Source of the DNA: Octopus vulgaris
Lineage: Eukaryota
Direction: 5' to 3'
Assembly (NCBI GenBank): GCA_951406725.2
Contig: OX597832.1
Coordinates: 34,534,001 to 34,598,000, forward strand
DNA: 64,000 bases
How positions within the stretch are numbered: position 1 is the first letter of the stretch; each line of letters begins with the position of its first letter. The position numbers and the translations under genes were made by a program. Below, one piece after another: positions 1 through 13,465 of this stretch. Below the pieces are notes generated by a model. It made no database searches and had not been told where the DNA came from. It saw only the letters and a list, made by a program, of their open reading frames with translations.

Positions 1-3079
<3,079 letters not shown>

Positions 3080-3646
3080 AAGATGGCGCTGAACTAACAA
3101 CAAGTGTGTTAACGTCTCTCTCCTAAACATTAAGGAAGTCCTTCCAGAGATCGATGTTATCAGAAGCGAAATTGTCTGCAAAGCGAATATAAGTGAAAGT
3201 ACAACAAGTCACTGTATTTGAGAAGAATATTTTCGCTTTTGATATAGTGTTTTGCAACTAGAACATACTCGCGAATACACGTGTTAAAACGCACGTGTGT
3301 TACTTTCCCGAAATCGAAGTGAATTTTATTCTTCGTCTGTGAATCAACAAGACACAGGATATTTTCGTTTTTGATGTATATCTGCGTGTTCTGAAAAAAG
3401 CCTCTGAAAAATTTGCTGCTTAATACCAAATCGCTTAGGGAAATACAAACTGTTGCACGTGCTAAATCGAAACTCAAATCCCTTTTGTTTACAAAGCGCT
3501 TGGGGAATAAAAGGTCTGTCTTGTCTATCTATCTTCCTTTCTCATAAAAAGGAATCGCGTAAGTACTCTCTCTCAGCCGGTAAGGTAAGGAAAAAAAATA
3601 TATTACTTATTTTGTTATCATTAGTGTTCTTTCAAACAGAAAATAA

Positions 3647-4800
3647 TAATATATCTATGTGTATGTATATGTGTGTGTTAGAAGTATAGCCGCAATTATT
3701 TTTAGAAGACATTGTTTTAGCGACGGACAAATGTATATCTTCTTTTCTCTTTTTCTCTGCTTAAATTCTGTAAAATCTCTATGTGTATGTATATGCGTGT
3801 GTTAAAAGTATAGTCGCAATTAGTTTTTATTTTTTATTTTAGAATACATTGTCTGTAGCGACAAATACATATTTTCTTTTCTCTTTTTCTCTGCTTAATT
3901 TCTGTAAAATCTCTTGGATTGTTTTCTTTCAGCTATTTCATTATTATTATTATTGTTTCTTTATATACTCACTTGGTACTACTGTTTATATATGTGCATG
4001 TGCACACGTGTGTATATGTGTGTATGTGTATGCGTGTATGTGTGTGTACAAATAGCTTCGCTTAGAATTCTCCCCTCTCTTTTTCTCTGCTTAAATTCTG
4101 TAAAATCTCTTGGATTGTTTTCTTTCAGCTATTTCATTATTATTATTATTGTTTCTTTATATACTCACTTGGTACTACTGTTTATACATGTGCGTGTGCA
4201 CACATGTGTATATGTGTGTATGTGTATGTATGTATACGCGTGTGTGTGTGTGTACAAATAGCTTCGCTTAGAATTCTCCCTCTCTCTCTCTCTCTCTGTC
4301 TGTCTCTTCAGTTTCTCTCACTCACGCTTCTCCTTGTCTCTTCATAGCTCTCATTCTATCTTACTCCCCTCTTTCAAATATATAAATTCTCTCTATATTT
4401 CTTCCTTCTCTCCCTATCTCTTCAGTTTCTCTCCCGCTTCTCTTTGTCTCTCCATTACTCTCTTCTATCTCTTCAGTTTCTCTCCCGCTTCTCCTTGTCT
4501 CTCCATTTCTCTCTTCTAACTTACTCTCCTCTCTCGGATACATATAAGGACATAGACGCTTTCTCTCTCTTCCTTCAGCTCTCGGTCTCTCCTCTTCCTC
4601 TTCTCTCTTACTCTCGGCTCCCAATTTCTCCTTAAGTACATAGACGCTCCCTTTCTCTTCTAACTTACTCTCCTCTCTCGGATACATATAAGGACATAGA
4701 CGCTTTCTCTCTCTTCCTTCAGCTCTCAGTCTCTCCTCTTCCTCTTCTCTCTTACTCTCGGCTCCCAATTTCTCCTTAAGTACATAGACGCTCCCTTTCT
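3647..4800 (+). repeat. Tandem duplications in family B 5' UTR
   Basis: ~200-bp units at ~3880 and ~4080; 144-bp CT-rich direct repeat starting at 4517 and 4661. Confidence 0.85.
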
Positions 4801-4960
4801 CTACTTTCTCCCTACCCCCTATTGCACTATTAGATTAATATAAATTAATATAATATAATATAATATAATTCCTCCCTTCCTCACAATCACAATCTCTTCC
4901 TCTCTCCTCCCTTCTCCCTTTTTCCCTCACAGCTTCTCTCTCTCTCCCCGCTACAACGGA

Positions 4961-5897
4961 ATGGACAACATGCAAAAATTAGAGGTGAATGCAAACACTG
5001 GCGTCAACAAAAGCCAGCGTAACTGGACGAAAGTAGAGCTGGAAGTTTTCATCAGAGGATGGAGCTCGGCCGACAGATCGCAACCAACTAAAAACATAGC
5101 GGCGACCCTGAAAAGCCATGGCTTTATGAGGACGTTGGCGCAAGTAGAGAGGAAGAAAAGAGAAGTCGAAAGGGCCTACACTCTCATTGCACCACACATG
5201 GCTTTGCTAAGCCAAGTCCTCAAGGTGGACAAAGACAAAGAGAGAGAGATGGAAACAGGAAACACCAACCACAGAGTGTCAAAAAATGACACGCCCACTG
5301 CCACAGTCGAAGAAGGCAAGCAGGGCAAACAACAGATAGGCGGCGATGGGGAAACAGAAAATAACCACCCGGATGAAAAGACCTATGCAGAAAGGAACCA
5401 GTGGACAACCGTCCAACGGAGGAAGAAAAAAACAGAGAGGAACTGGGGACAAGAAAACCCAGATAACATGCAAATTCTTCCGGAATGGAACCTGCTGGCA
5501 TGGAGAAACAGGGGAAGGATGCAGGTTCGCTCATCCCAGGCCCTATGGAAATTGCATCAAACCCACTCGACCAAAATGCCTTAACCAAAACCAGAACAAA
5601 TACAAGCTGCCCCAGAAATATGCAGACATAGTGCGTAATGCCCCAACAAGGAGAAGGCGCACATTTGCAGAGGAAATGCAGACGGCGGCAGCAGAACAAA
5701 GAAATTTTGTGGAAATGGCAGAGAAAATTGTGGGACAACTGGCCTGGATACATCGTCTTCAGAGCCAGGGGCACTCACAACAGCACTCAAGACCACCACA
5801 ATCAAGGGACCCAGGGTGGCCACCGCTGACGCCGGCCCAGGTGCCACACCGTCAGCCTTTATTGACACCCCGGGTGTCTCACCAGTGCTTCTGCTGA
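4961..5897 (+). CDS. LINE ORF1 (Myb/SANT-like trihelix + CCCH zinc finger), split by one frameshift near 5426-5432
   Basis: Frame 4961: NWTKVELEVFIRGW...IAATLKSHGFMRTLAQVERK; frame 5346: CKFFRNGTCWHGETGEGCRFAH and YADIVR; both halves align to the unbroken family C ORF1. Confidence 0.85.
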
Positions 5898-8839
5898 ATG
5901 TCAGAGGTCTGGTGAAACCCACTAATATGGGTAAAATTCCTTACCTTAGGGACTTGAGCACAAGCAACCATGCAATATGCATAGCGCTGACTGAAACGCA
6001 CCTGTCAAGCAGTATAGCAGATGCAGAAATACACATACCGAAGTATACTGTTTTTCGGTCGGACAGGAAGGAAAGAACTCATGGTGGGGTTGCCCTGTAC
6101 GTCCGTGAAGACGTCAAACCCATAGTACTGTTGACACACTCAAACTCAGTCTGTGACACACTGATAGTACACATGAAACAACCGAAAATAGTAATATGTG
6201 TCACATATCGGCCACCAGACACCCCTAGTCATGAAGGAGTGTTTGAAGATAGCCTCAGAAGAATAGAAGAAGTCCTGGACAAACTGGACCAGGGTAACAC
6301 CATTCTACTGCTGGGAGATTTTAACCTTCCGAAAGTCAAATGGCCAGATGGCCATCTCCTCCCTGGAATGACATCACTTGAACAGAGACAGACAGAGTCC
6401 TTGTTGGCTCTCACACGCAAGTTTTTCATGGAGCAAGCAGTGCTTTGGCCAACAAGAGGTGAGAATGTCTTGGACCTCTGTTTCACAAGCAACCCGATGC
6501 TCATCCACAACATAATGGTAACACCAACAATTCTCTCAGATCACAACTTAGTAGAGGTAATGATATATGGTATGAGAGAGTTAGTTGAGACGCAGCCATT
6601 AGAAAATACCACAGGCCTATCCAGTCTAAACTTCCATAAGGCAAACTGGAAGAAGATCAACGAAGAGATCCGAAAACATGACTGGAGTGACTTCATCACC
6701 ACACAAGACACCAACACACATTTCCAACATTTCATGACAACAATACAGAACATATGCCATAAGTTTGTCCCGGAGAAAAAAGCCAGCGGGCATAGGAACG
6801 TTATTCCCAGAGACAGGAAAATACTTATGAGGCGAAGAGCTAAGCTCTCGAAGCAACTGAATGCACGGCAGAGAAACAATGAGGGACTCCACCTGAAACT
6901 TTTTGAAACGGAAACTGCACTCAAACTTTCCTATGAGAAGGAGAGGGCAGAGAGAGAAGCCAGGGCCATAGAGAATATTAAAACAAACCCTAAAGCCTTC
7001 TTTAAATTTGCGAAAGAAACCACCTCGGTACACTGCAAGATTGGCCCACTCTTTGATAAAAAGGGCTCTCTAACTGAGGACCCCCAAGGGATAAGTGAAA
7101 TACTAAAGGAACAGTATAAAAGTGTGTTCACATCCCCTCTGGGGCACATGCAAATCACAAACCCAGAAGTTTTCTTTGATGCCACAACACTCCAAAACCA
7201 AACAACATCCATCGACCACATAGACATAACAGAGAGGGATGTAATATCTGCCATAGAAGAAATGAGCATAAACTCAGCTGCTGGACCAGATGGATTCCCA
7301 GCAGTCCTCCTAAAAACATGCAGGCATGCCCTAGCGGGACCACTGAAGAAGCTCTTCAGTGGTTCCTTGGCTAACGGTAAACTGCCCAGGGCGCTAAAAG
7401 AAGGCACCATATGCCCTATCCACAAAGGAGGGAGTAGAGCAGAGGCCAAAAACTACAGGCCAGTCTCCCTGACGTCACACATAAGTAAGGTCATGGAACG
7501 AATCATCAGAAAAAAACTGATCACGTTCCTCGAAGAAACTAACCGTCTCACTGACACACAGCATGGCTTTCGCCCAGGAAGAAGCTGCCTTACGCAGCTG
7601 TTACAACACTACGACTGGGTACTGAAACAACTACTGGATCGCTCACAGGTGGATGTGGTATATCTCGACTTTGCGAAGGCCTTTGACAAAGTCGACCACG
7701 GAGTGATATGTCACAAATTACTCAGACTCGGCATAACAGGAAAAGTAGGTGAGTGGATACATGACTTCCTGAAGGACAGAAGCCAGATGGTTGCAGCCAA
7801 TGGAGCCCTCTCGGGAAAGACACCAATAGCAAGCGGGGTGCCACAGGGCACAGTCTTGGGACCCTTGCTGTTTTTGGTGGCGCTCTCTGACATGCCCTTG
7901 GTAGCACAAACAACATCCCTCACTAGCTATGCTGATGACACAAAGGTAGCACAGGCAATCAAAAACCCAGCTGATGCTGACCTTTTACAACAAGATCTGG
8001 ATGCCATATACAAATGGGCTGAAGACAACAACATGCAATTTAATGCTGGTAAATTTCAAGCCTTACAATATCAAGCTGTAAACACATATACATTACAACA
8101 CAACTATACTGGTCCAGGAGGGATCGAAATCCCAGTATCGAAATCAATACGGGACCTGGGGATAGACATGAGTGACGATGCATCTTTTTCTTCACACATC
8201 GCGAAGGTGGCGACAATGTGCAGACGACTCACTGGCTGGATCCTGAGGACATTCCGGACAAGAGACTGCGAGACCATGTTGACACTATGGAGGACATTTG
8301 TCCTAAGCCGCCTGGACTACTGCTCCCAACTGTGGTCACCGCATAGTGTCAAACTAACCACAGAGCTTGAGACAATCCAAAGACATTTCACCAAGAGGAT
8401 TTCCACCATGAAAGAAAAGAACTATTGGGAGAGGCTTAGGGAACTCAATTTGTACTCCTTGGAACGAAGACGAGAGAGATATGCAGTGATATACATATGG
8501 AAAATCCTGGAGGGACTAGCACCAAATTTTGGAATTGAGAGCTGTTCCAATCCCCGTACAGGACGTCACTGTGTGGTGCCAAAGGTCCCGTCTTCCACAT
8601 CCAGGGTAAGGAGCAGATACTGTAATAGCCTGGTGTTCAGGGGCCCTCAGCTTCTCAACAAACTGCCAAGAAAACTAAGAGATCTACATGATGCGGATGT
8701 GGACATTTTCAAAAAACATCTACACAAGCTGCTTTCCGGGATCCCAGATGAACCCACTGCAAGGTACGAGGGTAACCTAAGGGCAGCAGCTACAAACTCT
8801 CTCTTAGATCAGTGGCCAGCCACGGCAAACTGGACTTAG
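5816..8839 (+). CDS. LINE ORF2, APE endonuclease + reverse transcriptase, 1007 aa (GTG start)
   Basis: LLNVRGL, LTETHL, GDFNLP, SDHN (APE); [37 protein letters not shown] (RT); uninterrupted. Confidence 0.96.
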   Translation: MATADAGPGATPSAFIDTPGVSPVLLLNVRGLVKPTNMGKIPYLRDLSTSNHAICIALTETHLSSSIADAEIHIPKYTVFRSDRKERTHGGVALYVREDVKPIVLLTHSNSVCDTLIVHMKQPKIVICVTYRPPDTPSHEGVFEDSLRRIEEVLDKLDQGNTILLLGDFNLPKVKWPDGHLLPGMTSLEQRQTESLLALTRKFFMEQAVLWPTRGENVLDLCFTSNPMLIHNIMVTPTILSDHNLVEVMIYGMRELVETQPLENTTGLSSLNFHKANWKKINEEIRKHDWSDFITTQDTNTHFQHFMTTIQNICHKFVPEKKASGHRNVIPRDRKILMRRRAKLSKQLNARQRNNEGLHLKLFETETALKLSYEKERAEREARAIENIKTNPKAFFKFAKETTSVHCKIGPLFDKKGSLTEDPQGISEILKEQYKSVFTSPLGHMQITNPEVFFDATTLQNQTTSIDHIDITERDVISAIEEMSINSAAGPDGFPAVLLKTCRHALAGPLKKLFSGSLANGKLPRALKEGTICPIHKGGSRAEAKNYRPVSLTSHISKVMERIIRKKLITFLEETNRLTDTQHGFRPGRSCLTQLLQHYDWVLKQLLDRSQVDVVYLDFAKAFDKVDHGVICHKLLRLGITGKVGEWIHDFLKDRSQMVAANGALSGKTPIASGVPQGTVLGPLLFLVALSDMPLVAQTTSLTSYADDTKVAQAIKNPADADLLQQDLDAIYKWAEDNNMQFNAGKFQALQYQAVNTYTLQHNYTGPGGIEIPVSKSIRDLGIDMSDDASFSSHIAKVATMCRRLTGWILRTFRTRDCETMLTLWRTFVLSRLDYCSQLWSPHSVKLTTELETIQRHFTKRISTMKEKNYWERLRELNLYSLERRRERYAVIYIWKILEGLAPNFGIESCSNPRTGRHCVVPKVPSSTSRVRSRYCNSLVFRGPQLLNKLPRKLRDLHDADVDIFKKHLHKLLSGIPDEPTARYEGNLRAAATNSLLDQWPATANWT

Positions 8840-8907
8840 AGAGGGTAGCAACAAGGGCGGTGCCCCAGCATGGCCTCAGCCGGAGGCTGAAACAAGTAAA
8901 AGAGTAA

Positions 8908-8999
<92 letters not shown>

Positions 9000-9000
<1 letters not shown>

Positions 9001-9245
9001 TCTTTTACTCATTTACTTGTTTCTGCCATCGGCTATATATATATACCATTATGCTACCTCTCTAAGTCCTGTTTGCGTATATATGGCCACTGATCTATAT
9101 ATAGTATATAGCTATATGCCCTTATTACCTTCATATGCATGGTATCATATGGATCCCGAAAGCAATATATAGATATACATTTATAAAATGTCCACATCCA
9201 CATCATGTAGAACTCTTAGTTTTCTTGGCAGTTTGTAAAACCTGA
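9000..9245 (-). other. Inverted family B 3' end blended with TA (probable consensus artefact)
   Basis: Blocks match the reverse complement of ~8660-8905 (ctctctaagtcc, ggccactgatct, aaaatgtccacatcc, cttagttttcttggcagtttg) with TA substituted between them. Confidence 0.75.
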
Positions 9246-9276
9246 CCATATAATATTACAGTATATGCTCCTTACA

Positions 9277-9456
<180 letters not shown>

Positions 9457-9546
9457 TTGATTGATTGATTGATTGATTCTAGTTTCAGCCTATGAGCTGT
9501 GGCCATGCTGGGGCACCGCCATTTGGTGTTGCTACTTGGTTTCACT

Positions 9547-12542
9547 TCATGGAGGCTTTCTAACAACTGCTATTTGGTGCATGAGAGAGTTCGATGCAGC
9601 TGCCCTCATCTGCCCCTCCTGCCGTGAAGTTGGTTCATCTGGGACACCTGACAGGAAGAGATCCAGCTTCATTTTAAAGACATCTGTATCCACCCCATGC
9701 AGGTCTCTCAGGTTCTTCGGGAGGATATTGAAGAGCTGTGGGCCTCGGAAGCCCAGGCTATCACAGAATCTTGTCCTACATCTTGATGGCAGGTTTGGAG
9801 TCCTAGGCACCACGCAGTGGCGCCCAGTTCTGGCATTTGCGTAACTCTCGATGCCAAAGTTCAGGACACTTCCCTCCAGGATCTTCCAGATGTATATTAT
9901 GGCATATCTTTCCCGCCTACGCTCCAGGGAATATAATTTTAATCTCTTGAGTCTTTCCCAGTAGCTTACATTCTGCATAGAGGCTATCTTCTTTGTGTAG
10001 CTTCGTTGGATCGCCTCAAGTTCTGTGATCAACTTGACACTGGATGGTGACCATAGCTGAGAGCAATAGTCAAAGTGGCTTAGGACAAGTGTCTTCCAGA
10101 GGACCATCATGGTTTCTTGTTCTCTTGTTCTAAAGGTTCTAAGAATCCATCCAGCCAGCCGTCTACATTTCATTGTCAGTTTAGCAACATGTACATGAAA
10201 GGTCGCGTCATCACTCATGTGAATACCCAGGTCACGCACTGATTGTGCCTCTGGGATTGCAATCCCTCCGGGTCCAGTGTATTCATTGGGTATTGCATTC
10301 AGTTTTGCATGCTGATAGTATAAAGCTTGAAACTTTCCAGCATTGAACTGCATGCTATTCTTTTCAGCCCACTTGTATATTTCGTCCAGCTCACATTGCA
10401 GGTGTTTAGTGTCCTCAGGGTTCTGTATTGCCTGTGAAACTTTTGTATCATCTGCATAACTTGTGATCGTGGCTCTCTGCGTGGCTGAGGGCATGTCTGA
10501 GAGGGCCATTATGAACAGTAGTGGTCCCAGAACAGTGCCCTGCGGAACACCGCTCACTATTTGTGTGTTAATGGAGGTGGCCCCATTGGCTACTACCACC
10601 TGACTTCTATCCTTCAGAAAGTCATGAAGCCATTCTCCCAGTTTTCCAACTATGTTGAGATCACGCAGTTTGTGACATATCATTCCATGATCGACTTTAT
10701 CAAAGGCCTTTGCAAAGTCGAGATATATCACTTCCACATTTGAGTGGTTGAGCAGCCGTTTCAGCACCCAGTCATAGTGTTGTAGGAGCTGAGTTAAACA
10801 GCTTCTCCTGGTCGGAAACCATGTTGGGTGTCGGGCAGCAAGTCATTCTCTTCAAGGAAGGTGATCAGCTTCCTTCTGACTATTCGTTCCATGACCTTGC
10901 TGATGTGTGAGGTCAGAGAGATAGGTCTATAGTTCTTGGCTTCCGCTCTGCTACCTCCTTTATGAATGGGGCATATTTTACCTTCCTTCAGTTTTCCTGG
11001 AAGTTTGCCAGCTGCAAGGAAGCTCTGAAAGAGGAACTGCAGTGGTCTTGCTAGGACTCTCTTACATGCTTTTAGGAGGATTGCCGGGAATCCATCGGGG
11101 CCAGTAGCTGAGTCTGTTTTCATTTCATCTATAGCCTTCGTTACATCGTCTTCCTTTATATCGATGTAATCTATCGTCGCCGCCTCTGATTTTATATCTG
11201 CAGTGGTAAAAAAGTCAGTTGGATTGGTGATTTGGAGATGCCCAAGGGGTGGAGTGAAAACACTCTTGAATTGCTCATTCAGTATTTCACTTACCCTCAT
11301 TGGTTTTCCTGTAAGTGTGCCATCCTTTTCGAGGAGTGGCCCTATTCTACAGTGCACTGTAGCTGTTTCTTTGGCATACCTGTAGAAAGCTCTGGGGTTA
11401 GTTTTTATGTTTTCTATAGCCCAGGCTTCTTTGTCTGCTCTTTCTTTTTCATGGGAGAGTTGCAGACATTTTTCGATTTCCAACAGTTTTATTTTTAGGC
11501 GGGACTTTTCACTGCTTTCAATCTGTTTGTTTAGGCGATTTGAAAATTTCGTACGCCGTCTCATTAAAATTTTCCTCTCTCTGGGGATTTTGTTCTTGTG
11601 TACAGTGGCCTTTCTCTCTGGGACACATTTGTAGCATATGGCTTGCATTACAGACATGAATTGTTGAAGTTTCACGTCGATGTCTGGCGAGGAGAGACAT
11701 TTAGGCCAGTTTTGTTTGAGGATCTCTTTCTCAATTTGTTTCCAGTTTGCCTTATGGTAGTTCAAGCTGGAAAGATTTTGAGGGTTTCTTATAGGCTGCA
11801 TGTCCGTGCTCTCTTTTGGCCCGTACATGGTCAGCTCTATCATGTTGTGATCCGAGAGTAGTGTCGGTGTCACTTTCACATTATGGATGAGATCCATGTC
11901 ATTTGTGAAGCAGAGATCCAGTGTGTTACCTGCCCTGGTTGGTTGGAGTATTACCTGCTCCATGTACAGGGTGTTGATGAGGTTCAGGAGGGACCTCGCC
12001 TGTCCTCGTTCACATCTTGTCATTCCTGGGAGAGAAAGGCCCTCGGGCCATCTGACATTGGGCAGATTGAAGTCTCCCATAAGAAGCACACCTATGTGTT
12101 GTTCTAATGTGGTTAGAATTTCTTCTATTTTTATAAGGCAGTCTTCAAACTTGCCCACATGGCTTGGGGCATCTGGAGGGCGATATGTAGCACACACAAC
12201 TACATCAAGTTGCTTAATATGTACAATTAGTGTGTCACACACCGAGTTTGAGTATGACAAGAGGACCTGGGGTGTGAGGTCCTCACGGATGTACATAGCA
12301 ACACCTCCATGACTCCTTTCTTTCCTGTCGGTCCGTAGTACAGCATACTGTGGTATGTGTAACTCCGCATCTGCTATGTCCGGTTTCAGGTGCGTTTCTG
12401 TAAGTGCTATGCATATGGCTTGATTGCATGCAACAAAGTCTCTCAGGAACGGGATCTTTGTCCTGTTACTGAGTGTTTGCAGTCCTCTGATGTTCAGTAG
12501 GAGTATCGAGGTGAGGTGTACGTTGTTGCCGGCGGTGTCCAT
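9547..12542 (-). pseudogene. Family C ORF2 (APE + RT) with 1-bp deletion near 10807
   Basis: ORFs 10794..12650 and 9547..10767 together match the intact ORF at 54574..57570; cttctcctgg here versus cttctccctgg there. Confidence 0.93.
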
Positions 12543-13405
12543 CCTGTGTCTGTTTGCTGTGGTGGTCTGGTATATAGTGGGTAGTCCCACCTGCGGGCTT
12601 GGGTTTGATGAAGCCAGGTCAGCTGCTGTACAATCTTTTGTGCCATGCACAAAAAAGATTGTTGCTCAGCAGCTGCTCTTTCGACAACATCATGTTGGCT
12701 GTTTGTGGCGCGCACAACATCTGCGTACCTCCGCTTTGGGGCAGGTGGTGCGTGGTCCATCCCTTTTCTTTGTGTTGATGGTTTGTCCATCTGCCTCGTG
12801 TCTCTGTGGCAGGGTCCCCGATGTGCAAAGCGGCAGCCTGCACCTTCCTTTCCATGCCAGCAGGAACCTCTCAGGTAGAACATACACACCCGTGTGCGCT
12901 GTTTGGTTCCATCCTTTGCGGTTCCACTTCTATTTCTGGTTGTTTCACTCTTTGGTCCTGCTTGAGCTTTTTCTTTTCCTTTAGCTCTTCCAGTCCTTCT
13001 TTTAGTTCTTCTTCCTCCCTCTACCTCTTCACCGGGTTCTCCGTCTCCGTGGCCCTTGCTGCCGGTTGGAGAATTTGCACCTGGGTTCACTTCCCGGGCA
13101 GGTTTCTCATTCAAAACCTCCTCCCGGGCGTCCACCAGGTGGGGGTGACTTCTTTCATCGTCTCCATTCTTGCCATCTTTGCCCCGCTCGTTCTCAAAGA
13201 TGGCATCAAGTGCGCCAATGTGCGACCGTACAAGCGCATATGAGCGCACGAATTCCTGTCTCTTTCGCTCCATCTGAGCCGCCGTCCTCTTGTAGCCTCT
13301 GCTCTTCAGCGCAGCCGCAATCACCTCGCTAGGGCTATCTCCGCCGGCGCACTCCCATGCTCGTACGAATAAATCCAGCTCGTCACGTCTCCATGCTCTG
13401 GACAT
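12494..13405 (-). CDS. Family C ORF1, 303 aa (Myb/SANT-like trihelix + CCCH zinc finger)
   Basis: AWRRDELDLFVRAW...IAAALKSRGYKRTAAQMERK; [22 protein letters not shown]; YADVVR...[23 protein letters not shown]. Confidence 0.9.
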   Translation of the reverse strand: MSRAWRRDELDLFVRAWECAGGDSPSEVIAAALKSRGYKRTAAQMERKRQEFVRSYALVRSHIGALDAIFENERGKDGKNGDDERSHPHLVDAREEVLNEKPAREVNPGANSPTGSKGHGDGEPGEEVEGGRRTKRRTGRAKGKEKAQAGPKSETTRNRSGTAKDGTKQRTRVCMFYLRGSCWHGKEGAGCRFAHRGPCHRDTRQMDKPSTQRKGMDHAPPAPKRRYADVVRATNSQHDVVERAAAEQQSFLCMAQKIVQQLTWLHQTQARRWDYPLYTRPPQQTDTGWTPPATTYTSPRYSY

Positions 13406-13465
13406 GCTGGATAATCCGTCTATCCGTTTATCTATCTAATTATGTTCGAGAGAAGACAGGAAGAT

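Larger units (their letters stand above)
3080..8907 (+). mobile_element. Apparently full-length CR1-like LINE, family B
   Basis: TA tracts on both sides; ~1.9 kb 5' region, ORF1, intact APE-RT ORF2, 3' tail ggcggtgccccagcatggcc...ctgaaacaagtaaaagagtaa; 5' boundary inferred from the TA junction. Confidence 0.88.

Noticed and set aside
9473-9844. Recurrent 123-aa antisense ORF in family C copies
   Set aside because: Recurs only because the copies are nearly identical; non-ATG start and no recognisable domain
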